Assembly: GCA_946965045.2 (NCBI GenBank)
Contig: OX337229.1
Location: 434,001 to 498,000 of the forward strand
Origin: Epithemia pelagica
Lineage: Eukaryota > Protista > Bacillariophyta
Length of the DNA stretch: 64,000 nt
Direction: 5' to 3'
Shown here: piece after piece, positions 21,865 through 32,863 of the stretch
Numbering within the stretch: the first letter of the stretch is position 1
Layout of the letters: each line of letters opens with the position of its first letter
The notes under the pieces: generated by a model
What the model was told of the DNA's origin: nothing
The model's input: only the letters and a program-made list of their open reading frames with translations
The model's database searches: none
Translations under genes and position numbers: made by a program

Positions 21865-22539
21865 ATGACGACATCTGTATCATTCAAGTACCTTGACTTG
21901 GGTCACATTGGTGGCCGGGGAGGAACTCTACGCTTCTTCCTGCTCGCAAACGGCATTCCCTACGAAGAAGACTTGTACCAATACAATGATTCCGTATGGG
22001 GCGTCGAGAAGAAACGACTTATGGAGTCTGGTGAAAATCCCTGTGGAACAATCCCAGTCGCATACACCGAAGATGGCCATCATTTGAGCCAGCACATTTC
22101 CATGGCTCGTTACTTTGCTCGTGTCAACAAGTTAGATTCGGGAGATTCATGGAAGGACTACGTTCAAGATGTCGTTGCCGATGAATACCAAGGATTCCGC
22201 AACATCTGGGTCGAAAAGTCTTTTGCCAGCACGGACGAACAAAAGGCGGAATATGTTTCCAAGACTGTCCCTGACCTATTGACCAAATTTGAAGGCCTCT
22301 ACAAAAAATACAAGACGACTGGCAAAGATCAAGCATATTTGAGCACCAGTCCGTCTGGTTCTCCCTTGTGGGGAGATACAGCCATGTTCAGTATTCTGTA
22401 CGATCACATCCAATTGGGTCATTTTACGGAAGAAACATTGACTTCTTCGTACCCACACTTGTCCGCCTTGTACAAAGCATTCCTCGCCATTCCAGCCGTC
22501 GCAGAATGGATCGAACGTAAGAAACCAACCACGAAATAA
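21865..22539 (+). CDS. Glutathione S-transferase (Tyr-type N-domain), 224 aa
   Basis: FKYLDLGHIGGRGGTLRFFL, GTIPV, LSQHISMARY, WGD..F and terminal PAVAEW motifs. Confidence 0.9.
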   Translation: MTTSVSFKYLDLGHIGGRGGTLRFFLLANGIPYEEDLYQYNDSVWGVEKKRLMESGENPCGTIPVAYTEDGHHLSQHISMARYFARVNKLDSGDSWKDYVQDVVADEYQGFRNIWVEKSFASTDEQKAEYVSKTVPDLLTKFEGLYKKYKTTGKDQAYLSTSPSGSPLWGDTAMFSILYDHIQLGHFTEETLTSSYPHLSALYKAFLAIPAVAEWIERKKPTTK

Positions 22540-22788
22540 ATCAAATAGATGTTGATTGAGGATAAACGATTCATCGTAGAGGTCAGAAGAATCTCTAGGA
22601 GTAGGAGCTAGAGTCTAGGGAGAGAGGACTACCTACAATGGAAATAGAAACCTTGCATAGGCCCGAGCCCGCCCCGTGGCATACGCAGGCCACCCTTACT
22701 ACAAAAGGGATAGGGATATCAAAGTGTGGTAAAATCTTGCACCGTCTGCGCTATTTCGAGGGTTCGACTTAAAGAGATATTCACGACA

Positions 22789-23350
22789 ATGGGACTTTCG
22801 ATTTGGCATCTCTTCAAGGTACGTTATCGAATGGGTGAATGGCTACCTAAGAGGTTGAAATCATTGGCGACATCAGAGAACGAAAATTGATTGTTGCATA
22901 AACCTTTTCAAGTGCAATTCTCACGCAACTCACGATTGTATGGCTTTCCAACAACTCTGCAGACTGGATTGTTGTTTACCAACTCTCTCATGATCTTGAA
23001 TCGCAAACGTTTTTTAGCAAAGTATGGACTTAATGATTTGAATCAGATGCAACAAGGACCTCAGTATGGCGCTGCCTCCAGTAACAGTCCCTTGAAGTCG
23101 CAATTGGTTGGTCTCTTGCATGCTGTGCAATATCTCAAGGTATGTTCATGCTTGTGGTTGCGGTAGGGGTCTCATCAATTTCTCTGGAAAGATTCGATCC
23201 TTGGTTTTGATTGCAACTTATTCTTGTTCATTGTTTTTATTGTGCCTTGCGTTTGTTTGTCTCACACGTTTTGTCATGTTGTCGATTCAGGTTCCAGTCA
23301 TTGTGGCCAATGTGTTGGTGATTGTTTTCGAAATCTTGTTAGGAGGATAG
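22789..23350 (+). CDS. YOS1: Yos1/IER3IP1 ER-Golgi membrane protein, 88 aa; exons 22789-22818, 22963-23139, 23291-23350
   Basis: Spliced product MGLSIWHLFKTGLLFTNSLMILNRKRFLAKYG...LKSQLVGLLHAVQYLKVPVIVANVLVIVFEILLGG; both introns GT-AG and frame-preserving. Confidence 0.88.
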
Positions 23351-24100
23351 ACGATTTGGAAAGGATGACCGAGAATCGTTACCACGTGGAGTGTGGTGTA
23401 ATGAGATTTGGTCCGAAAGAAGACCTCCTACAATTTCAAAGCTGTCGGTGCATTGTATGTGGACCTAGCTTCAGCTTCAACATGATTCGAGACGACATCA
23501 CTGGTTTGATTGTATCCTTGATACTCTCAAGACAAGCATGTGGGAGAAAACTGCTGATCGAAGGGGTAGAGAATCGTGAAATACTCCGTGCTTCAGACAC
23601 AACAACATCGCCATTCGTAGAGCTTGTGACTCTCACTGGGTGAATAAGATAGTGCAAAAGACCTTGCGGAAGTCAACTTTGATGCTTTCATGGAATAGAC
23701 GTAGTAGGTAGGAGTAGGTAGATGTACTCCTTGGAGCATTAGACCAATGATTAAGGCGCATAGCGGCATATGAGTATACGAAGACACCTAGCCCGTTGAG
23801 GTCGCCCGCGGGCGCCTGATCATACGCGACCGGACATTTTTTCGCAATGATCACAACAGGCACAACAGGCACAACATGCACTCACAAAGAAAAAAAGGCG
23901 AGAGGCAAGCAAAGAGTCTGTTCGAGGAGCATCCCATCCCTGATATCTGGTGCCCCGATCAGGCTTTATCATTGAGTTCCCTTCAAGCCGTGGGCGAGAC
24001 CATCACAAGAAAGCCCCAAGACAAGTTCCGTCCCTTGCAGACCAGCCGTTGCCGACACGGATGTGTTATTTCTTGGCGAGGTGAACAGGCTCCATTACCC

Positions 24101-25580
24101 ATGTGTTTCACATTGCGACGACGCATTGTGCTCATTGCCTTTTGGGTAATGACGTCTTTCAACATGGTCAAGGCGACCTCCGATGGTGTAAAGGAGACTT
24201 ACTCGGCCGTAGCTGCATCGTACGTGTCATCCTCATCCTCTGTCTCGTCAAGGACGAACGCATGGACCACTGGCCATCCGAGTCGAAGCATTGCCCCAAA
24301 GGATGAGACAAGAACGACCAGCAAATCGTCCTCATTCCACAGACATACCGGGTACAGTGCAAAGGACGAACGAGAGGACAGGGCAACGTGGCCTGCTCGA
24401 TCCTTCAATGCCTCGCAATCGACAGAAGACAATTACAAACATTCCAATCAGGATACTGTAAAACCGAATCCATTCCACCAAAGAAAAGACAAGGGGAATG
24501 AAGCCCTCATTCTCAACGTTGGAAGATTTGCGGATATTCGAAAGACGCTCGATTATTCCTATCACAGTGTCTACACCTTGGAGCGACAAGCCTTTCAAGA
24601 TGATTTGATCCAATCGATTCTAGATCAGCATGAACATACAGCTGCGCAAGTACTACGGGGCGGACCTACCGATTCAACTTGCACTTCCGTGGAATCAGCC
24701 ATCAAAGGCACAACGACGGATCAATCATCAACAGTCAGTGTCAATGACATTGCATGGCACACTCCGAAACCGTCCATTTCGGATGCCGATCGACAAACAT
24801 CCACATTGTCAAGAGCGAAAACCAACAACACCCCTCAATGGATTGTCTTCACCGCCGGTGTCATGGGTGCAGGCAAAACCTATACGTTGGAATGGTTGCA
24901 TCGCCAAGCCTATTTTCCCTTGCACGATTATGTGGTGGTCGATCCGGATCACATTCGTCGCATGTTACCCGAATTTCATGTCTATGTACAAGGACCTGAT
25001 CCTCGACATTCCGAACTGGCGGGGGAACGAACTCGCAAGGAAGCCAATTTACTGACTGAAGTCTTGACCAAGGCGGCCTTGCGACAAGGACGATCCGTAG
25101 TTGTCGATGGGACCCTTCGAGATGCGACCTGGTACCAAACGTACTTTGCACAGCTGCGGAAAGATTATCCCGGTGTGGCCATTGCTATTTTACACATTAC
25201 GGCACCACCAAAGGCAGTCTATCAACGAGCCGGGGTAAGAAAGGAGTGAAACTCTATCGGTTGGTCAAGTGTTATTTCTTCCAACCGCAGTCTTGTTCTT
25301 CTTGTCTCATTGTCGAATCTTTTTGTTGTTGTTGTAGAATCGAGCCAAGGTGACGGGACGTGTGATACCTCCCGCCTTGTTGCAGTCTGTCATGGATCAA
25401 GTCCCAGCTTCGGTACAAATTTTACGTCAACAAGTGGATTTGTTTGTCGAATTGTTTAATGGCCCCGATACGACTCCACGCTTGGTCACACCCCCAGACT
25501 TGACATGGCACCAATTTACACGTCTTTGGAGAGCACCCGTGACGACGAGGACTACTACTCATCCAACAGCGCGTCTGTGA
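24101..25580 (+). CDS. Zeta-toxin-like P-loop kinase with N-terminal signal/anchor, copy 1; exons 24101-25234, 25338-25580
   Basis: Walker A TAGVMGAGKT, VVVDPDHIRRMLPE, VVVDGTLRD, RAKVTGRVIP; hydrophobic N-terminus; GT-AG intron. Confidence 0.85.
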
Positions 25581-26149
25581 AGTTACCCAGGTTGTCTTTC
25601 CCGAATATTTAACTCTTTGGTCCTTGGCTTGGATTCGAATGGCAATTGCAATTTCCATTTGGGCCGTGCATTGCGTCGCGACGGCTTGTGGAATGGAACG
25701 GTTGCGTCCAGGAAGCCGGTACCAACAGTTTGCCCCGCACTTCGTGGTATACCAAACACGCTTCCAGTGTGGCTGGTAGTATGGTGAATTATTATGGGCA
25801 GTACTGATGGGTCATGACGCCTCCTCATTATCCTCGTCGTCCACTGGAACTTGTCACGTGTCGTGGTGGACCGCAATGGATTCCAAAGATGCATTGGCAC
25901 AGGACACTGGTACCGACCACATTGTCACAGAGAGGACAACGACAACGACCACAACAAGAAGCAGGCAATCCGCACACAAAAGGATGCTGCTGCAGTGGTT
26001 CACTTTTGTATCGAACTGACCTGCCCTGTTCCTAATCGTCCGTTCCATCAACGTAATCGTTATCAAGTCAGTGCTATCCCATTTCCTGCAGTATCCCAAA
26101 CAACAACAACAACAACAACAACAACATGCCGCCGCAACCACCACAGGAC

Positions 26150-26670
26150 ACCACGAATGAGTGCTGTCGGTACGTGTTGGTGCGGGAACGCATGTCGCGG
26201 CACCACTTTTCCCTCCACGAATTGGCTCCCAACCACAACAAGAATCAGACTGTCATGGCCGGCAGTTCCCTCTATGCCTTGGTGTGGATTTCTTTGACCA
26301 CCACCACGACGTCCCTTCTGAAAACAATGACCCACAACCCGGCGCCGGCGTCCCGGTCGTGACCTGGGATGCCAATCCCAATCAAGGCTTGTGGGGATGG
26401 CTCAGTTTTGCTCGCATGGATCGGTTGCCTCTCGAACTGGTCTTGGTCCTCTTGCGCAATGTGGGCGGCGTCATGGGTTATGCCCATTGATTGCAGTATT
26501 TGGATCCGTTGGTCATTGCCGTGGCCGCGCTCATGGAGCCCGTGGTGGCCGAAGTCTTGGCCAGTCTCGCCCATGTGAGTCCCTGGCCTGGACTCACGGG
26601 ATGGACCGGCAATCTCCTTGTCACCACGGGAACCCTCACACTGGTCTGGTACAGCAATACGCATCAACCA
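26150..26670 (+). pseudogene. Degraded EamA/DMT-family membrane transporter fragment
   Basis: Hydrophobic LELVLVLLRNVGGVMGYAH*LQYLDPLVIAVAALMEPVVAE...GNLLV with in-frame TGA ending at 26490 and an upstream frame change. Confidence 0.6.
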
Positions 26671-27135
26671 CCAAAACAACCATTACAACCACCAAACAAA
26701 TCACCATCATCACCTCACACGAAAACGAAAACGAAGACGACCACTATCCACACTAACAACGACAACGACATGGACCACACACCACCAAGAACAAGAAAAA
26801 GAAGAGAGGGTGAATCTTGAAGAACGACGACGACCACCACATTTTCCTCGCGACGACCGAGCCGTAGTAGTTCTAGTAGCAACAAGAGGAGAAATCATTC
26901 CTCCACCACCACATCTCTCCGTGGCGACGACCGAGCCGTAAGAAGATGACAATGGGGATTGCAATCTTGGAACCACACCACCGCAAGTCTCCAAATAAGT
27001 TTTCCTTGCACAAATTTCTTTTGGATCATCTCTTTGGTCTCCTAGGTAACTCCTAACCCCAAGCCCTGATTTTTCCATCCAGACCACGACAACTCGGAAC
27101 TAGGTAGAAGATAGATAGTCTCTATATTGCGTACA

Positions 27136-27699
27136 GCTCTTGGTGGAAAGCCCGCTCGCGACATCAACGCGGCTGTACATTGAACGGGTAGGGCGACAGG
27201 ACATCAATGGATGCCTGTCAGGCAACTATGGCACACCCCAGAGGCTAATCAGAGGAGCCCAACTCATCCCCACCATCTGGACACGAGTGCCCAGGGTGAG
27301 TAGGCTAATCAAGAGGTAGCCCTAATCTCTATCTAGCACAGAGACCGAAGTCTCCATGCCAGATACCTGGTGACACAAGGACAAGTCCTCATGCCACCAG
27401 GGTTTTGTGATAACACCGACCAAACCGACACACCAACACCAACAAGGACGTCTCCGACAAGGACTCTAGCTAGAGACTCAGCTGATGTAGGAGTAGGAGT
27501 AGAATTTTGCAATCGGTAGAAACAGAAGAAGGGGTAGTAGGAAAGATTCATAACCGACATGACTGTGCGGACGTATACCACTAGCAACCGACAACCGACA
27601 TGTTATTTTTCTGGGTTTTTAATTTTTTTGCTTTTTCTGGGTTTTTTGGATTGTTTTGCTTTTCTTGATTTTTTTGGATTTTTTTCAACTGCACCACTA
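27136..27699 (-). repeat. Repeat R copy 1 (structured-RNA-like core 27149-27401 plus pyrimidine/A-rich arm)
   Basis: Block-by-block similarity to 34777-35492; shared ends GCTCTTGGT and GCACCACTA. Confidence 0.9.
27149..27401 (-). ncRNA. Candidate structured RNA, unknown class
   Basis: 17-bp, 12-13-bp (cUUCGg) and 11-bp stems pair fully only on minus strand via G-U; compensatory changes between copies. Confidence 0.5.
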
Positions 27700-27738
27700 T
27701 TACACGAAAGAAAGTAGAGACGACTATACACTATCCCA

Positions 27739-29010
27739 ATGATCTTTTCCAGTTCGTTCGTTGCCGTGACAACGGTTGCGGCGGCTGCGGCGATTGCGCC
27801 GCTGGCGGCTTCCGAGACCGTCCTGGAGCAGCCCGAGGCCTACCAGCAGCGCCTCGTCGACTGGATCCGCTCCGGAGAGAACGGCTTCTTTCATTCCCAG
27901 GTCCAGTGGGAGCGTTTGGGAGGCACCGGCCCGTACGCCATGCACGCCAAGGTGGACATCCCCAAGGGGGAGAAACTCATGGTGGTCCCCCGGAGCCACG
28001 TGATCGATTCCCTCAAGACGCACGACGAGTGCGTGACGATCGCCCGGATGCTCGACGAGTACGAAAAGGGTGACGGCTCCTTTTTTGCGCCCTACCTGTC
28101 CTATCTCTTTGACGACACGACGGGCGGAACGACCTCGGGATTGCTGCCCGGCTCGTGGTCCGGCGAGGGACAGGAGCTTCTGAGACAGGTCCTCGGCCAC
28201 ACGGAACAGAGCGGCCTGTCGCCGCGGGATTTTGCCAAACCGAGCGTCTTTGAGGAGTGCGGGGAGAACTTCCGGGCCGAAAGGTCCAACATGAAGCTCG
28301 ACGACGAGGAGGACCGGCAGCGCGCGGAGGACGCCCACCTGTTTCTCATCTCGCGGAGCTGGACCGACAAGATGGTTCCCGTCCTGGACATGTGCAACCA
28401 CGGCAACGGAAAATCGCTCAACGTCGAGTCGACGAGCGTCCACGACACGGAACAGGACATTACCGCCTACGCCCTCCGCGACATCAAGGCGGGAGAGCAG
28501 CTTCAAAACACCTACAACGAGTGCATGGACCACGATTGCGACTTTGGTGAGATGAAGTACTCGTACGACACGTCCATGATGTTCAACGACTACGGCTTTC
28601 TCGAGTTTTACCCCCGCCGGTGGCCGCTGCGACCGGACGGACAGGGCTCTCTGATTGCCGAGGTCGACGAGGACCTCGAGACGGGCGCAAAGTCCTTCCG
28701 GTGGATCTTTGAAAAGCCGTCCGAGACGACCCTGGAGTGGATGTCCCTCCAGCTGAACCGACTGAAAACCATGGAATCGGCCTTTCGAAAATCGGTCGCG
28801 GCGCACCGGACCAGCGGCGCCGGTGGATCGCACAACAACATTCCCCACGAGGCGGACAGCCTTTTGGAAATGTTTGACGGATACGTCGAGGTACTGGAAA
28901 TGGCCCTGGAGCACAAGGGCGATGCTCTCGGGGTCTCCTTTCAGGATTTCGAGGAAGAACTCGATCAAATGAGACATCGGGTTACCCATCTGGACGAAGA
29001 GGAACTGTAA
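27739..29010 (+). CDS. SET-domain (Rubisco LSMT-like) methyltransferase with signal peptide, GC-rich, intronless, 423 aa
   Basis: AKVDIPKGEKLMVVP, MVPVLDMCNHG, ALRDIKAGEQLQNTY, YGFLE motifs; hydrophobic N-terminus. Confidence 0.9.
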   Translation: MIFSSSFVAVTTVAAAAAIAPLAASETVLEQPEAYQQRLVDWIRSGENGFFHSQVQWERLGGTGPYAMHAKVDIPKGEKLMVVPRSHVIDSLKTHDECVTIARMLDEYEKGDGSFFAPYLSYLFDDTTGGTTSGLLPGSWSGEGQELLRQVLGHTEQSGLSPRDFAKPSVFEECGENFRAERSNMKLDDEEDRQRAEDAHLFLISRSWTDKMVPVLDMCNHGNGKSLNVESTSVHDTEQDITAYALRDIKAGEQLQNTYNECMDHDCDFGEMKYSYDTSMMFNDYGFLEFYPRRWPLRPDGQGSLIAEVDEDLETGAKSFRWIFEKPSETTLEWMSLQLNRLKTMESAFRKSVAAHRTSGAGGSHNNIPHEADSLLEMFDGYVEVLEMALEHKGDALGVSFQDFEEELDQMRHRVTHLDEEEL

Positions 29011-29214
29011 ATCGTCGGTTGCAACGAATTTGAGTTTGGTACTGCTCAATTGGTGCCAAAGAGACGCCGGGATGGTGTGACGGGCGGAAAGAAATCCATT
29101 GCAAACAATCATTTCGAAGCCTTCCATTGACTATTCGCTGTAAAGTTAGTACACCAGAGCCAACTACGTTTTGATTTCACAACAGAAGCAAGCAATCCTA
29201 TAGGAAAGAACAGT

Positions 29215-29657
29215 TGTTTGGCACTTCTCTTGTTCGAGCCAATCCCAACGATGAATGCCGTATCGAAGAAAAGCCCGTGGAACCCTTGCCTCCCATGCCC
29301 ACACTTTTGTACAGTTTGACCGCGACCAGTCGACCAATGTGAACCGCATGCGGAATGAATTGAATGCCATGGTACAACAACAACAACCCTGCCAACACCA
29401 ACCAGAACAACGTTCTACTGTTGGCCGTGTATTTTGATGGAACGACCCAGACCTTTTCCATTCATGCCGTCTTTCTCGATTGCACGGTCGTGGTGCCCAG
29501 TGGATGCAATTTGCCACCTTTGGAACCTTTTGTCATTTTGGATGGCAGCGAAACGGCTCGACAAGCCATTGCCAACAAGGGCTTGATGGTCGAATTGGCC
29601 ACCTTGGATAAGGGCATGGAACGAGCCTTGCTCTGTTGTGATATCGACGCAGAGGAC
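29215..29657 (+). pseudogene. Frameshifted partial copy of unknown gene A (36749-37211)
   Basis: Aligns to 36749-37211 with 1-, 11- and 10-nt deletions. Confidence 0.85.
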
Positions 29658-29699
29658 ACGGATGTGTTAGTTCTGGACGAGGTGAACATATTGTTACCC

Positions 29700-31151
29700 A
29701 TGTGTTTCACATTGCGAGGACGCATTTTGGTCGTTGCCTGTTGGGTAACGACATCGTTAAGCATGGTGAAGGCGACCTCCGATGGTGTACAGGAGACTTA
29801 CTCGGCCGTAGCTGCATCGTACGTGTCATCCTCATCCTCTGTCTCGTCAAGGACGAACGCATGGACCACTGGCCATCCGAGTCGAAGCATTGCCCAGAAG
29901 GATGTAACACGAACGAGCAGTGAATCATCCTCATTCCTCAAACATACTGGGTACAGTGCAAAGGACGAACGAGAGGACAGGGCAACGTGGCCTGCTCGAT
30001 CCTTCAATGCCTCGCAATCGACAGAAGACAATTACAAACATTCCAATCAGGATACTGCAAAACTGAATCCATTCCACCCAAGAAAAGACAAGGGGGATGA
30101 AGCCCTCATTCTCAACGTTGGCCGATTTGCGGATATTCGAAAGACGCTCGATTATTCCTATCACAGTGTCTACACTTTGGAGCGACAAGCCTTTCAAGAT
30201 GATTTGATCCAATCGATTCTAGATCAACATGAACATACGGCTGCGCAAGTACTACGCGGCGAACCTACCGATACACATTCAACTTGCACTTCCGTGGAAT
30301 TAGCCTACAAAGACACGACGACAGATCAATCATCAGCAGCCAGTGGCAATGACAATACACGGAACACTACGAAACCGTCCATCTCCGATGCCGATCGACA
30401 AACATCCACATTATCAAGAGCGAAAACCAACAACACCCCTCAGTGGATTGTCTTCACGGCCGGTGTCATGGGTGCAGGCAAAATCCGGATCAACCACCAC
30501 ATAATCGTGCAAGGGAAAATAGGCTTGGCGATGCAACCCGAATTTCATGTCTATGTTCAAGGACCTGATCCTCGACATTCCGAACTGGCGGGTGAACGAA
30601 CTCGCAAGGAAGCCAATTTACTGACTGAAGTCTTGACCAAGGCGGCCTTGGGACAAGGACGATCCGTAGTTGTCGATGGGACCCTTCGAGATGCGACCTG
30701 GTACCAAACGTACTTTGCACAGCTGCGGAAAGATTATCCCGGTGTTGCCATTGCTATTTTACACATTACGGCACCGCCCCAAGCAGTCTATCAACGAGCC
30801 GAGGTAAGATAGGAGTGAAACTCTATCGGTTGGTAAAGTGTTATTTCTTTCAACCACAGTCTTGTTGTTCTTGTCTCATTGTCGAATCTTTTTGTTGTTG
30901 TTGTAAAGAATCGTGCCAAGGTGACGGGACGTGTGATACCTCCCGCTTTGTTACAGTCTGTCATGGATCAAGTCCCAGCTTCGGTACAAATTTTACGTCA
31001 ACAAGTGGATTTGTTTGTCGAATTGTTTAATGGTCCCGAAACGACTCCACGCTTGGTCACACCCCAAGACTTGACATGGCACCAATTTACACGTCTTTGG
31101 AGAGCGCCCGTGACGACTACGACTACTACTCATCCAACAGCGCGTCTGTGA
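29700..31151 (+). CDS. Zeta-toxin-like kinase copy 2, P-loop region damaged by micro-inversion; exons 29700-30803, 30909-31151
   Basis: Paralog of 24101-25580 with same intron; GAGK followed by inverted 56-nt segment. Confidence 0.8.
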
Positions 31152-31478
31152 AGAGTCTCTATGACGTTTGGAACGCGTGGGTAAATCAAAGATTTGTCGT
31201 CTGGCATTCATGCCTTCGTCTTGTGTGAACTCATATGAATGGTCTCTACCTTTGGAGCACACTCTTGTCTTGTCGGATGTACAAGATTGCCGCGCATTGC
31301 GTCAACGGTCGCCCAACCGGTCAAGAGCAACAAGGGTGTACAATGCCAATGCCAAGAGTCGTCCACTTCCACAATGGACTGGCATAATCCGATTGGCGTG
31401 TGACCCAACCATGCCATGTCGGGCTTTTTTGTTCGAGCTACCGTATAGCTAGAGAAAACCATTTGGCCCGAATTTTCC

Positions 31479-32264
31479 TTACTCTTGTTCCTCTTCCTCT
31501 TCTTCTGCGGTTGCTGCTAGAGGACGAGCTGCGATTGCCACGGGATCCCAATTCTGGCTGACAAACCAATAAATTTCCGATCCATTCGAAGTATCATCAA
31601 CATTCGTTGCAGAATTGGTCACGGAGACATAGTGAGGTACCACGTTGTGGACCGTTTCTTCTTCCTGTTGTTGTTGCTGCTGTTGTTGTCGTTGTGGTGG
31701 TACCCAATTCATGGAACACAAGGGTCGAAGTCCAAATTCGGCAAAGGTGGCCACCAAGGCACTGGCGCGACGTTGGGGATAACAAATGAGCATGGGTGGT
31801 AAAGGACGACGATGGTCATTGTTGTTTCTCGACGACGACAACAAGACTTGGATAGCTCGATACAATTGATCACACTTGACGGTATCAAAGGGTGGATCCA
31901 AAACAAGGAGATCGTAGTCCATGCCCTCATCCATGGGCGGTCGCACGGGACGCCATACATCAAAGAGTTGAAAACAGTGACGATTCTCCGTCGGACACGA
32001 GAGAAATCGGTCGTCAATGTCCAAAATTCGTGTTTGGGGAGGCAAATTGGCATCCAACAACAAGGAGGGTGTAAACAAACAACAGGGATGTTGATAGTGA
32101 CGCAATAGATTCAAGATAAAGGTGCGAGTGTCGGGGGTCCACCAATATTGTTCTCGTCGGTGGTTTTCGTGAGGGAGTTTGTCAAACGACAACAAAACGT
32201 TTTCTGGAGCACCACCGTGTTTGTGGCGCTTGCTTTTCGAGGATGAAGTATCGGCCTTGGTCAT
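31479..32264 (-). CDS. EEF1AKMT1/N6AMT2-like methyltransferase, 261 aa
   Basis: EQYWW, CLFTPSL, ILDIDDRF, FDVWRP, LVLDPPF motifs in family order. Confidence 0.8.
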   Translation of the reverse strand: MTKADTSSSKSKRHKHGGAPENVLLSFDKLPHENHRREQYWWTPDTRTFILNLLRHYQHPCCLFTPSLLLDANLPPQTRILDIDDRFLSCPTENRHCFQLFDVWRPVRPPMDEGMDYDLLVLDPPFDTVKCDQLYRAIQVLLSSSRNNNDHRRPLPPMLICYPQRRASALVATFAEFGLRPLCSMNWVPPQRQQQQQQQQEEETVHNVVPHYVSVTNSATNVDDTSNGSEIYWFVSQNWDPVAIAARPLAATAEEEEEEQE

Positions 32265-32863
32265 TTTCGGAGCTTGGACTTTGTGGTTGGTACGGACGCA
32301 ACAGACTTGGGATGACCACGTCTCCGTTGGCAAACGTGCCGAGGAGCGAGTAGATGGAAGAGTCCAGCACGGCTCTACCAGAAAGGATGATACGACTTGG
32401 ATCCAAGAACCAGCACCAAGGGCAATCAAGATTCCAAATACCACAACAACGAAACGTAGATCAAGGATGGCCCAGTGTCCAGAATGGCCGACCACGACCA
32501 TCGTCATGGCTCGATATGTGTGGGTTTGGATTTGACATCCTCCACATTGGTCGTGGATAGGTCGCTTTAACGAAAGATCCATTGGCAAAGGAATTCGCTT
32601 TGACCGAACTTCAGACCAGTCATGTAGCAAGGCGGCGTATGACACTGCCGTAGTTCGACCAGATAGTGCCTTTGTCACAATGAAGGACGGCAGTAGTGCA
32701 TTCAATCATTGCAGCACGAGTCTCAGACCCTGAAGATGCGCGTGAGAAAAATCTGATGTATTTCGGGGAGGGTAATCCCCCAACCATACGAAAGATATCG
32801 TCAATCGTCAACTTCCAAAAATCTTTCGAGAGAGAGATTTTGCACATCACAAACCGAATCACA

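Noticed and set aside
23876-25580. Bacterial epsilon-zeta toxin-antitoxin operon or contamination
   Set aside because: Spliceosomal intron, signal peptide, eukaryotic neighbours, no antitoxin ORF identified
27691-27705. CACTA transposon terminus at the end of R
   Set aside because: Bases after CACTA differ between copies and no matching TAGTG end or subterminal repeats were found
27724-29127. 467-aa minus-strand ORF
   Set aside because: Antisense shadow of the GC3-rich SET gene; no motifs
31479-32264. DNA N6-adenine methyltransferase / restriction-modification because of DPPF
   Set aside because: Surrounding motifs fit the EEF1AKMT1 protein-lysine methyltransferase family; no nuclease partner
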